A stretch of 64,000 nt of DNA, taken from a bacterium (lineage in GTDB: Bacteria; Patescibacteriota; Saccharimonadia; Saccharimonadales; UBA4665). The notes under the pieces were generated by a model, which was given only the letters and a program-made list of their open reading frames with translations, was not told the DNA's origin and ran no database searches. A program made the translations under genes and the position numbers. Positions 20,201-29,380 of this stretch are shown here, piece after piece (position 1 is the first letter of the stretch; the number at the start of each line of letters is the position of its first letter). Where the stretch lies: assembly GCA_021809645.1 (NCBI GenBank), contig JAJZKE010000001.1, positions 47,245-111,244 on the forward strand, given 5' to 3'.

Positions 20201-20853
20201 TAACTTATATCGCCTTGATCGACATGTTTAAAATCTTCTTGCATTTGGTTTTCGCTAACACCCAAAGCTCTCAATAGAGTGGTAACAGGTATTTTTCGTT
20301 TACGATCGATTTTGACGTAGATTGTACCGTTTGTTGCAGTCTCAAATTCTAACCACGCGCCTCTTCCAGGTATTACTTTAGCGCCATATAGCGAAGTTGT
20401 ACCATGTTGATCGGCAGTAAAAAATACACCAGCTGATCTAATCAATTGACTGACAACGACTCTTTCAGCGCCATTAATAACAAACGTGCCCCGGCTAGTC
20501 ATCCATGGATAATCCCCAAGGTATATTTCCTGCTCTTTAACTTCGCCAGTAACCTTATTAACTAATTCAACATTAGCTAATAGAGGGGCGTCATAACTAA
20601 CGTTATTTTCTCGGGCTTCTTTTTCTGTTAATTTTGGTTTGTCGAAATGATAATCTTTAAAACTTAAGGTTAGTTTTGCGCCAGTATAGTCTTCGATTGG
20701 ACTAATTTCATCTAATAATTCGCCTAAGCCTTCTTCGATAAACCATTTGAATGATTTATTTTGATGATCAACTAATGATGGTAGATTCAGGTTGTCGTCT
20801 TGATTACTAAAACTAATTCTTTGAGTTTTTGATTGTGATGGGCTCTTGGCCAT
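17290..20853 (-). CDS. rpoB: RNA polymerase beta subunit
   Basis: SQFMDQ.NPL, ETPEG, RHGNKG, GGQRFGEME. Confidence 0.99.
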   Translation of the reverse strand: MAKSPSQSKTQRISFSNQDDNLNLPSLVDHQNKSFKWFIEEGLGELLDEISPIEDYTGAKLTLSFKDYHFDKPKLTEKEARENNVSYDAPLLANVELVNKVTGEVKEQEIYLGDYPWMTSRGTFVINGAERVVVSQLIRSAGVFFTADQHGTTSLYGAKVIPGRGAWLEFETATNGTIYVKIDRKRKIPVTTLLRALGVSENQMQEDFKHVDQGDISYLKSTLDKDTSRGQNDALIEVYRRLRPGDLATVDNARSLIENMFYNYKRFDFSRVGRYKINKRLDLDIPNTIENRVMRLEDIKAIIAEIIRLNNTQEPADDIDSLANRRVKLVGELVQRQFRIGLLRMERNTKDRMSMSEIETVTPSQLINARPIVAAVREFFASSQLSQFMDQINPLSELAHKRRLSSMGPGGLSRERAGFEVRDAHATHYGRICAVETPEGANIGLVLNLANYARVNDYGFIETPYRKVINAVTAKDAVGHIAAVDLEDDKGKIIVKKGNKITAADSTKLAKVTSKVTWPVKAKVTNEIIYLDAFEEEGAVIASGGSEITKDGYFVEERVSARRRLATGEVDADEVNYMDASRNQVIGSSAGLIPFIEKNYVYRSLMGSNQQRQAVPLIVPKSPIVGTGLEKAVAENSGQLVQAEATGEVIKADAQEVIVQYKDRKVSYQPQRFVRSNEGTAINQKVAVSTGDIVKAGDALIEGMSIENGELALGKDLICAFMPWAGYNFEDAIIISRKLVEDDTLTSVHIVDFMIEVRETKLGPEIVTRDIPNVSEETLRHLDEDGIVRIGAEVHPGDILVGKITPKGEQELSSEERLLRAIFGEKAKEVRDTSQRMSNGKHGKVVGVKIFSRENGHELKAGVIKQIQVFVAQMRKISVGDKLGGRHGNKGVIARILPIEDMPFMEDGTPIDIILNPLGVPSRMNVGQLFETHLGMAARALGIKVTSPSFNGVSVDKIKELLEEAKYPSDGKLQLFDGRTGQPFKEKTTVGSMYMIKLNHMVADKIHARSTGPYTMVTQQPLGGKAQNGGQRFGEMEVWALEAYGAANTLQEMLTIKSDDVYGRSKAYESIIKKTDIVGPKIPESFNVLVKELQGLGLKVDLVKSDSLVDAEAVLANNISSEASNLPEVEVPEPPISDIDLSQEPAIDEFAVEDVNDEIIAADISVESTDNIIPSVNSTEEEIVNEE

Positions 20854-21088
20854 AATATTAATAAACCTCCTTAATTACTAAAAGGACTTTAAAATACTAA
20901 TTAAAATCTGCTTGTAGCACGTTTTATCGATAAAATTATTAATGATAAATTATTACTTTTTATATATGTTTTTAGAGTTTACTAATGAAGACCACTAAGC
21001 CAAACCACCTAGATGCAAAATATACATGCAAAAATAGCAGACTTACACTACTTCTTAATAATTAGTTTGAATAATAGCTAAACTAATG

Positions 21089-22555
21089 TCAAGTACTTTT
21101 TATCTTATTTTTATTTTTAAATCTAAATGCCGATAATATTGCGGCTAATACCATAAAAATCATTGATGCGTAAAATGCTGAATGGAGACCGTTGGTGAAA
21201 GCTACGGCTAACGACTTTTCTAGATTGGTAGTTCCAACAAATATTGCAAAAGCTAAATGCTTAGAAATTGATCTAGAGGCAATTAATATGGCTACCGAAA
21301 AAGAGAATACCATACCAATATTTGAGAAGGTTCGTAACATCCCTGATGATATACCAAACATTTCTTTTGGTGATGCCTTCATTATCGCTGAGCTATTGGC
21401 TGGGAAAAATGAACTAGCACCGATACCATTAATAATGCTAGCAACTACTACCAACCAAAGCCCGGTCGTTGTTCCTAAGTGTGCATAAATAAACAAAGCT
21501 ATTACTTGAATAGCAAGTCCGATGGTTGCTGGTATTACCGGACCAATTTTATCAGCAATGCGGCCGGCGAATGGTCCAATAGCTGAGCCGACGATGTATC
21601 CTGGAATTAAAAGTAATGAGGCATGGATTGGCGATAATCCTCTGGCTCCCTGGAGGTACATAATGACTAAAAATAAAACTGCAAAGTTAGCCAAACCCTG
21701 AAACATTGCGGCTAATAATGTCGGTGTCATTGATTGAATTTTAAATAATGAAAGTTTTAACATTGGCTCTTCTTTTTTAGATTCAATCAATACGAATGTC
21801 GCTAATAATACTAGTCCACCTATTAAATAACCATATATCGAGGCGTTAAATGAGCTAGTAGCTAGTTTGGTCATTGCCCATAATATGCCAAATAGTCCTA
21901 AGCCAAGAGTAATCATCCCCTCGAAATCTGTTTTGTGCTTTTCTCTTTGATTGGTCTCTCTTAATACTCTTGTGGCTAAAAGTAAAGCGACTATGCCGAT
22001 CGGAACATTGATCCAAAATATCCATCGCCATGATGCGTAAGTAACAATTAGTCCACCGATAATAATTCCCATAACTGCACCTAAGCTCCAGCCGATAGAA
22101 TTATAGCCGTAAGCTTTACCTCGGTGATGTGGCGGATAAAGACCGGCTATTACTGCTCCGCTATTAGCGGTAACGAATGCACCACCAATACCTTGGATTA
22201 TCCTAAACAATATAATAGACGCTTAATTCCATGATAAAGCACAGGCCAATGAGCCTAAGACAAATACTAAAAAACCAGCTTCGTACATTCTTACCCGGCC
22301 GTACATATCACCTAATCTACCAACTTGTGTAGCCAATAAAGTTATTACTAACAAATAGCCAATGACAACCCATATAACAGATGCTAGGCTAACTCTAAGC
22401 CCTTTTTCTATTTCTGGTAGAGCCAAAACAACTATTGTAGTATCAATAGCTGTTATTAAAACACCGGTTATAACAACTATCATTGCTAGGCCACGGTGGC
22501 TAGCAATTTGACTATGATAATTAGCAAATTCGTCTTCGGTTTTCGACTTGGTCAC
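21089..22555 (-). pseudogene. DHA2/EmrB-like MFS transporter interrupted by one in-frame TAA (22223-22225)
   Basis: The two ORFs are in one frame: ...ALSWN*ASIILFRIIQG...; motifs D.TIV.LALP, GRLGDMYGR, WRWIFWINVPIG. Confidence 0.8.
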
Positions 22556-22600
22556 AATACATCTGAATATACCACCAGTATGGCGTTATATCTAGTCGAT

Positions 22601-23194
22601 CTATTTACTCGGCTTAATAATTGTATCAACTATACCGTATTGTTTTGCTTCAGTTGCACTAAGCCACTTGTCTCTCTCCATGTCTAAGTGTATTTTTTCT
22701 AGTTTTTGGCCGGTATTATGAGCCATGATTTCTTCGAGTAATTTTTTAATTCTAAGTGATTCTTTTAAGTCTATTTCTTGATCTGTTACTTTACCTCGAG
22801 TTCCTGAAGATGGCTGATGAATCATAACTGTAGAATTTGGCAGTAAATGTCTTTTTCCCTTAGTGCCAGAACTTAACAAGAATGCTGCAGCTGAAGCTTG
22901 AACACCTATACCAACAGTTTCAATATCATTACTTAAATATTTCATCGTGTCATATATCGCTAAAGCGTCATAAACACTACCGCCTGGGCTGTTAATGTAG
23001 AACTTTATATCTTTCTTGGGATCTTCAGCGTTTAAAAAAAGTAACTGGGCAACAACAATATTGGCCGTTGCTTCGTTGACGTCCTGATTAAGAAAAATAA
23101 TTCGGTCCTTTAAAAGACGAGAATATATATCATAGGCTCGTTCGTAACGGCCTTCACTTTCAATAACGGTTGGTACTAATACTTGCGAATTCAT
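22601..23194 (-). CDS. clpP: Clp protease proteolytic subunit
   Basis: [28 protein letters not shown]. Confidence 0.97.
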   Translation of the reverse strand: MNSQVLVPTVIESEGRYERAYDIYSRLLKDRIIFLNQDVNEATANIVVAQLLFLNAEDPKKDIKFYINSPGGSVYDALAIYDTMKYLSNDIETVGIGVQASAAAFLLSSGTKGKRHLLPNSTVMIHQPSSGTRGKVTDQEIDLKESLRIKKLLEEIMAHNTGQKLEKIHLDMERDKWLSATEAKQYGIVDTIIKPSK

Positions 23195-23226
23195 ATTTTA
23201 AAAACTGTAAGTTATATAGTACATAA

Positions 23227-23253
23227 TTAGCACTCGCTAGTCAAGAGTGCTAA
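23227..23253. promoter_or_regulatory. CIRCE element (HrcA operator) upstream of clpP, overlapping tig stop codon
   Basis: Perfect TTAGCACTC-N9-GAGTGCTAA; minus-strand TTGACT-17-TACTAT promoter overlaps it. Confidence 0.92.
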
Positions 23254-24539
23254 GTAGATTTAACTTGGTTTTGTTGGAGGTAATCTAAGACTTTCTCAGT
23301 TAAAAGTCGCATGGCAAGTTCTTGACGATTATTAGGGTCATTAAGCTCTTGTTGCATTTGCGGATCAGTGTATTGTTTTTTTAGATTGTCGATCGAATTA
23401 TCGAGTTCTTCGATAGTAATATTAATGCCTTCTAGACTGGCAATTTCACCAATAGCTAAACCGCCTTTAACTCGAATAATTCCGGCTTTTTTGGCATCTT
23501 TTTGAAACTCTGTTTCTGTCTTATTTATACTTTTTAAGTACTCGTCCCATGTTTGTCCATTGTGAAGAGCAGTCTGTTTAGTATTCGAAATTATATGAGT
23601 TACTTCAGGTTCAATAATCTCGTCACTTAATTCAACTTCTGTTTTTTCTGCTAGTTTATTAAGTAGCTGATTTTCGTAATCTATAGTTGCTTGTCTTTCT
23701 AGCTCAATCTTGAGTTGTTTTTTGATTTCGTTTTGAAGTTGCTCTATTGACTCAAACGGTCCCATGGATTTTGCAAATTCTTGATCTAATTTAGGTAAAT
23801 TGACCTCATTAACTTCGACAACTGTTACTTTAAAATTAACTTTTTTGCTAGCAAATGATTTTTCTTGATAATCTTTAGGAAATGTTAATGTAAAAGTCTT
23901 TGATTCGTTATTTTTTAAGCCAACAATTTTATCTTCAAAACCTGGAATCATTGTCTTTTCACCTAAAAGCAAACGATAATTTTTAGCTGAAGCTTGATCA
24001 ATTTTTTTCTTAGAAGTAAAGTCATGTCCGGTAAAGTCAATAACTACCATATCGCCATTCTTGGCTGCTCTTTTAACTGGCTTGAATGTTGCAGATCGGA
24101 GCCGTAATTCCTTAATGTTACGGTCGATTAGTTCTTGATTGACTTCTGTTTTTTGAATTTTTACACCTAGGTTTTTGTAGTCAGGAAGTTTTATGTTTTT
24201 TATTATTGGAGCGGTTACTTTAAATTCTAATGTTGTGAAGGGGACAAACTTAACAATATCGATCTTAGGATCGCCGATAACTCTTAATTTTAGTTCTTGG
24301 AGGCTTAAGTTATATAGATCGTTAACGGCATGATTTAAAAATTCATCATCAACTGCTTTAGGATCAGCATACTTGATAACCATTTCTTCCGGAGCTTTAC
24401 CTTGCCTAAAACCTGGTACTTTTACTCTGTCGGCGAGATGATTAGCTGTTAATTTACGAAACTTTTGCATATCATCCTTGTCGGCAACGATTGTATATTG
24501 AGCTCTTGTATTAATAATGTTTTGTTCTAATATCTTCAT
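23250..24539 (-). CDS. tig: Trigger factor
   Basis: PGFRQGKAP signature, FKBP domain (IPGFED), upstream of clpP. Confidence 0.95.
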   Translation of the reverse strand: MKILEQNIINTRAQYTIVADKDDMQKFRKLTANHLADRVKVPGFRQGKAPEEMVIKYADPKAVDDEFLNHAVNDLYNLSLQELKLRVIGDPKIDIVKFVPFTTLEFKVTAPIIKNIKLPDYKNLGVKIQKTEVNQELIDRNIKELRLRSATFKPVKRAAKNGDMVVIDFTGHDFTSKKKIDQASAKNYRLLLGEKTMIPGFEDKIVGLKNNESKTFTLTFPKDYQEKSFASKKVNFKVTVVEVNEVNLPKLDQEFAKSMGPFESIEQLQNEIKKQLKIELERQATIDYENQLLNKLAEKTEVELSDEIIEPEVTHIISNTKQTALHNGQTWDEYLKSINKTETEFQKDAKKAGIIRVKGGLAIGEIASLEGINITIEELDNSIDNLKKQYTDPQMQQELNDPNNRQELAMRLLTEKVLDYLQQNQVKST

Positions 24540-24575
24540 AGCTAGTTACTTTAACACATATTAATAAATATACCT

Positions 24576-25019
24576 TTAACGGTTTATAAAAAACGATATA
24601 CAAAAAGTGAATGCCAATAACCAAACTATCTCGACGACTATGCCAATTGGCTTTTCGAACCATTGTATTTTTGAAGCAAAACGACTATATAGCCCTGCCT
24701 TCCAAGGTTTATTACGTTTTTCTTTAAGATAGTGGTTGATGCTTAAAAAATCTGGCGAAGCTGCAATAAATGCGCAAGCTATAGCCAGCTGCCAATTTAA
24801 TGGTCGATTTATTATTAAAAAGATAACTAATATAAAGCAAAGTAAAGCATCGATTATTAAGAAAATATCAAACTCTAAACTGTCAATCTTTTCTTTACTA
24901 AAATGAGGTATAACATCTAAAAGATAATGTGAAAAAAAAGCTACAGGAATAGCAATTAGAGGGTTAACAACAGATAGTCCAATTAGGGCTCCTGTTAATG
25001 AATGATTTATGGCTCGCAT
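24576..25019 (-). CDS. Membrane protein, YdjM-like metal-dependent hydrolase candidate
   Basis: Start corrected to ATG 25019; H..TG, SHYLLD.IPH and PD motifs among hydrophobic segments. Confidence 0.6.
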   Translation of the reverse strand: MRAINHSLTGALIGLSVVNPLIAIPVAFFSHYLLDVIPHFSKEKIDSLEFDIFLIIDALLCFILVIFLIINRPLNWQLAIACAFIAASPDFLSINHYLKEKRNKPWKAGLYSRFASKIQWFEKPIGIVVEIVWLLAFTFCISFFINR

Positions 25020-25027
25020 ATTTAAAT

Positions 25028-25112
25028 TGGTGCGCGAGAGAGGATTTGAACCTCCACGCCTATATGGCACATGCTCCTAAGGCATGCGTGTCTACCGTTC
25101 CACCACTCGCGC
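25028..25112 (-). tRNA. tRNA-Leu (TAG), CCA encoded
   Basis: GCGCGAG/CTCGCGC acceptor stem, CATGC-CTTAGGA-GCATG anticodon arm, long variable arm, GGTTCAAATCC. Confidence 0.97.
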
Positions 25113-25138
25113 ATAACTCCTTATCATATTAAACATAT

Positions 25139-25975
25139 CTAATTTTTAAACAAGCTTAAAGATTTTTTATTTATTTGCATCGCTTCAGCGTATGCTGAGT
25201 ACCAGACAGCAGTTACCGAATTAATCAAGATTGGCGCTAGTTCTTTTCTTGCTTGATTACTGAGTTTTAATGTCCAGCCTGTTTTATAGAATCGATTATA
25301 AATATTCATCTTGTCAACATGTTGAGCCATATTTCTAAACCAGGTGTCTAGTTTTTGTTTTGTCAAAGAGCTTATATATGTTGTTGGATCTAAATTATAA
25401 AAACCAAGCGGAGCTATAAGTGTTGCAAAACCGATTTCGAAAGCGGCATGAGTAGTAAATAAACCTTTAGGTCCCCACATTTTCCAGTTATTTTTAAGAG
25501 CATTCATGCTAGTTTCACCGGGCATAATTAGTTTCTTTTTGATAGTTGAGCGCGTGTCCTTGCCTTCTCCTTGTCTTAATTCTGCAAGTAATTGTTCATA
25601 AGGATAATGATGAGCAGGAGTTAAACCGTCGACGATAGCATGTGCTAGCCAAGCTGCTTCAAATGCTGATCGCTCGTTATTATATTTTTTTAGTGCTTTA
25701 ACTAATTCTTGGTAGTGATAATCAATTAAATCGATTAGCTTATTGTCTTTTTTATCAAAAGGTCTTATAAAATGCCATTCTTCGTTAGGTCCTGGATTTT
25801 TCCTTTTCATGCTATCGGGACCTCTGTCTCCTTCAAACAATAATATTTGGCTTATATCGGGAAAACAGTTATCAGGCAACAATGTGTCAAGTTGTCTTCT
25901 GGCAATCTTATCGATTTTTTGATGTGCACCAATAAGATTACCTGATATTTTTGTAATAGTTGAACCTGAATACAT
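25139..25975 (-). CDS. Zinc-dependent phospholipase C / S1-P1 nuclease-like protein
   Basis: N-terminal His, PD, WHF, AWLAHAIVD..TPAH, H..FE pattern. Confidence 0.6.
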   Translation of the reverse strand: MYSGSTITKISGNLIGAHQKIDKIARRQLDTLLPDNCFPDISQILLFEGDRGPDSMKRKNPGPNEEWHFIRPFDKKDNKLIDLIDYHYQELVKALKKYNNERSAFEAAWLAHAIVDGLTPAHHYPYEQLLAELRQGEGKDTRSTIKKKLIMPGETSMNALKNNWKMWGPKGLFTTHAAFEIGFATLIAPLGFYNLDPTTYISSLTKQKLDTWFRNMAQHVDKMNIYNRFYKTGWTLKLSNQARKELAPILINSVTAVWYSAYAEAMQINKKSLSLFKN

Positions 25976-25978
25976 AAA

Positions 25979-28003
25979 TTAGTTTAGATTTGTCACCTTT
26001 TGTAAAATTGATACTTCTTTAGCTAACTGCTTGTATTTAGTTAGACTTATATTATTATTGACGAAATATAGAGCTGCTTCTCTAGCTTGATTTATTAGTT
26101 TAGCGTCATCTAATCCAGCTATTCTTAAATCTAATAAACCATGTTGAATTTTACCATAAATTGCACCTGGTCCTCTAATCTTTAAATCAAGTTCTGCTAG
26201 TTTAAAGCCGTCATTACTTGATTCTATAGCTCTTAATCTGTCACTTGGAGTTTTATTATCAGCATATACTAATAAGGCTTTACCAGGATATTCTCCTCTG
26301 CCAACTCTTCCTCTTAATTGATGCAATTGAGCTAGCCCGAAATTATCAGCATCGAAGATAATTATTGTGGTAGCATTCGGAACATCTATTCCGACTTCTA
26401 TCACCGTTGTAGCTACCAGAATATCTAGTCTATGTTCAATAAAATCGTCCATTATTTTGTTTTTTTCTTCAGCTTTTAATTTTCCGTGAATTATACCAAC
26501 TTTAAATTCTGAGAATCTGTTATTGGCCCATTTAAATATTTCGTTAACTGAGTAGATAGGGTGACTATCAATGCTTGGACTAACTATGAAGGCTTGTCGG
26601 CCCTCCTTAAGCTCTTTAGTGATAGCTTCTATATGTCTTTCGAGTTGAGATTCTGAAAGCAATGTTGTTTTGATAGGTCGTCGATCAATAGGTTTTTCAA
26701 TTAATCGTGATATGTTAAGTTCGCCGAATAAAGTCAAAGCCAAACTCCGCGGTATCGGTGTGGCACTTAAAGATAACAGATGAGGTTGGGTATTAGCTTT
26801 TAATTTTAAAGCCTGTCTTTGTTTAACACCAAAGCGATGCTGTTCATCAATAATTACTAACGCTAGGTTAGGAGCTTTAACTTTTTCTTGAATCAAAGCA
26901 TGAGTACCGATGATAAACATTAATTTGTTGGTTTGTATTTTTTTTCTAATTTCGTCTTTTTGAGAAGCTGTCATCGCGCCTATTAGAAGTCCTACTTTGT
27001 CATCAAGGCCAATACTTTTAAACATTAAATTGACAGTTGAGGCATGTTGTCTAGCTAATAATTCAGTGGGAGCCATAAAGGCTACTTGTTGGCCGCTATT
27101 AATTACCATCAAGGCGGCCATTGCCGCAACGGCAGTTTTACCAGAGCCAACATCTCCTTCTACTAATCTATTCATAGGTTTTTGTTTTGTCATATCCTTA
27201 TATATCTGCCAAATAGCTTTGCGTTGGTCGTCTGTTAATTTAAATGGTAATTTTTGAACGAATAGTCGGGCGAGTTGTTCATCAAAATTAATCGAGATGG
27301 CGTTACTTTTCTGATATTCTTTCTTATTTAATTCACTGGCTAAGATCATCATAAAAAGCTCTTCAAAGCCTAAACGTCTTTTAGCTTCTTTCAAATCTTC
27401 TAAAGTTAAAGGAAAGTGTATGTCTTTTAAAGCCTGAGCTCGGCTTATAAGTTTGTATCTGTTAATTATTTCTTGAGGTATAGTTTCGGGAATGTTATTG
27501 ATGATGCTGGTTATTTTTTTTAAGGTTCTTCTTATATCCGATGAGCTAATGCCTTTAGTAACCGAATACCTTGGAACTATACGAGCAGTATTGACGGGAA
27601 AGTCAGATACAGCTTCAACGACAGGGTTAAAGATAGCAAACCTTCTATACCTTAGTTCATATTTACCAGTTAAGAAATATTCATGATCTTGTTTAAAACT
27701 TGTTAAACGATAGGGTTGATTGAACCAGGTTACTCGAGTACTACCACTGTCATCGCTAACTATAGCATCAGTAATATGCAGTCCTTTTCGAGCATAGTGG
27801 CCGGTAGTTGATTTAACTTTAACAGCTACAGTTACTTGTCCAGGCTTAATTGATTTTATCTTTTCTATCTTTGAAAAGTCATCATATCGTCGTGGGTAAT
27901 AGTTAATTAAATCGTTAATTGTCCTAAGCCCAAGATAATTCAATTTGGTAGTTATTTGTTCACCGACACCATTAATCAAGTGCAGTTCGCTATTAACGTC
28001 CAT
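25979..28003 (-). CDS. recG: ATP-dependent DNA helicase RecG
   Basis: GDVGSGKT, DEQHRFG, SATPIPR, QLRGRVGRG, DLKIRGPG. Confidence 0.97.
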   Translation of the reverse strand: MDVNSELHLINGVGEQITTKLNYLGLRTINDLINYYPRRYDDFSKIEKIKSIKPGQVTVAVKVKSTTGHYARKGLHITDAIVSDDSGSTRVTWFNQPYRLTSFKQDHEYFLTGKYELRYRRFAIFNPVVEAVSDFPVNTARIVPRYSVTKGISSSDIRRTLKKITSIINNIPETIPQEIINRYKLISRAQALKDIHFPLTLEDLKEAKRRLGFEELFMMILASELNKKEYQKSNAISINFDEQLARLFVQKLPFKLTDDQRKAIWQIYKDMTKQKPMNRLVEGDVGSGKTAVAAMAALMVINSGQQVAFMAPTELLARQHASTVNLMFKSIGLDDKVGLLIGAMTASQKDEIRKKIQTNKLMFIIGTHALIQEKVKAPNLALVIIDEQHRFGVKQRQALKLKANTQPHLLSLSATPIPRSLALTLFGELNISRLIEKPIDRRPIKTTLLSESQLERHIEAITKELKEGRQAFIVSPSIDSHPIYSVNEIFKWANNRFSEFKVGIIHGKLKAEEKNKIMDDFIEHRLDILVATTVIEVGIDVPNATTIIIFDADNFGLAQLHQLRGRVGRGEYPGKALLVYADNKTPSDRLRAIESSNDGFKLAELDLKIRGPGAIYGKIQHGLLDLRIAGLDDAKLINQAREAALYFVNNNISLTKYKQLAKEVSILQKVTNLN

Positions 28004-28007
28004 AGTT

Positions 28008-29246
28008 TTAAATCTCTAACAAAGCTGAATCTTTAAAAGCTTTACCACGGCGTATTAACAATCGACCGTTTTTAAATAATTGTCTATTTAAGTTACTGTC
28101 GGTGTATTTTTGATTGTTGACGTATATACCTTGATTAGAAATTAATTTTCGAGCTTCACTTTTTGATTTAGCTAAACTACAAGCAACTAAAATCATCTCC
28201 AGATCCATATCTTGCTCTATCTTATATGACTTAATTTCTGACCTAATTGTTGATAGTTCTTCATCTGATGCTAGTGAAATATCTTGATCGCCAATTAGAT
28301 ATCCGGTTACCGATTCAGCTAGATTGGCTAGTTTCTGGCCGTGGACTAATTTTGTGACATTGATGGCTAATGCTTTTTGGGCTAATCGGTTTTTAGGTTT
28401 AGCATTATGCTTATTTTCAATCTCAAGGATATCTTCTTTAGTAAAAGAGGTGTATATCTTAAGAAAATCGATAACTGACTCATCTGAAGTATTAATCCAA
28501 AATTGATAAAAAGAAGTTGGTGATGTTTTTTTAGGATTTAGCCATACTGCACCAGCTTCAGTTTTACCGAACTTTTTGCCTGATGATTTATCAATTATTA
28601 GCGGCATAGTCCAGACATTAGCGCTTTTACCAGTAATCCGACGAATTAGATCGACGCCTGCCAAGGCATTGCCCCATTGGTCACTGCCTGCTATTTGCAA
28701 GGATACGCCTTTTTCAGTAAATAAAGTTAAGAAGTCATAACCTTGTATTAACGAGTAACTAAATTCAGCGAAAGATATACCATTACCGTTTAATCTAGTT
28801 TGGACAAATTCTCTGTTAACCATTTGTCTCATGGGAACATGTTTACCAACATTACGTAAGAAATCTAAAAATTTAATATCTTTAAACCAATCGTAATTAT
28901 CAACTATTGTGTAAGGGAGATCTTCAAATATTTGACGATATTGTTGAATAATAGCCTTTTTATTTTCTTCTATAGTTTTTAATGATAATAATTGTCGTTC
29001 TTCGGTTTTTCCGTCAGGATCACCGATTGAGCCTGTTGCTCCACCAATTAATATATATGCTTTATGACCAGCTTGGATAAAATGCTTGGCTAATATTAAT
29101 ACCGCTAAATTGCCGATGGTAATTGAATCCGAACTAGGATCAACGCCAATATAAAAACTGATCGGATCATGATCTATATCAGTTATATCTTTATAGGTTG
29201 TTTGTTCTAATAAACCTCGCCATTTTAATTCTTCAGATAATGTCAT
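28008..29246 (-). CDS. tyrS: Tyrosine--tRNA ligase
   Basis: GGATG.IGDP, EFSY.LIQGYD, GSDQWGN, KFGKT, C-terminal S4 domain. Confidence 0.97.
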   Translation of the reverse strand: MTLSEELKWRGLLEQTTYKDITDIDHDPISFYIGVDPSSDSITIGNLAVLILAKHFIQAGHKAYILIGGATGSIGDPDGKTEERQLLSLKTIEENKKAIIQQYRQIFEDLPYTIVDNYDWFKDIKFLDFLRNVGKHVPMRQMVNREFVQTRLNGNGISFAEFSYSLIQGYDFLTLFTEKGVSLQIAGSDQWGNALAGVDLIRRITGKSANVWTMPLIIDKSSGKKFGKTEAGAVWLNPKKTSPTSFYQFWINTSDESVIDFLKIYTSFTKEDILEIENKHNAKPKNRLAQKALAINVTKLVHGQKLANLAESVTGYLIGDQDISLASDEELSTIRSEIKSYKIEQDMDLEMILVACSLAKSKSEARKLISNQGIYVNNQKYTDSNLNRQLFKNGRLLIRRGKAFKDSALLEI

Positions 29247-29380
29247 ATTTATGATTATACATAGAATAACTTAGGTATTTATAACTTTTATTTAATATTA
29301 AGGTTTGTTAAATATATCAACTCATTAAAATAATTAGTTTGGTATAATGACATTTTAATAATTTAGGTTGGGATTTAATT

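Noticed and set aside
22223..22225. Stop-codon reassignment as explanation for the MFS stop
   Set aside because: TAA, TAG and TGA all end conserved genes at expected positions in this window
25020..25070. N-terminal extension MPYRRGGSNPLSRT of the 164-aa ORF
   Set aside because: It is the translated tRNA-Leu sequence
24540..25140. tRNA-Leu as an integration site
   Set aside because: No integrase and no duplicated tRNA 3' end seen in the window
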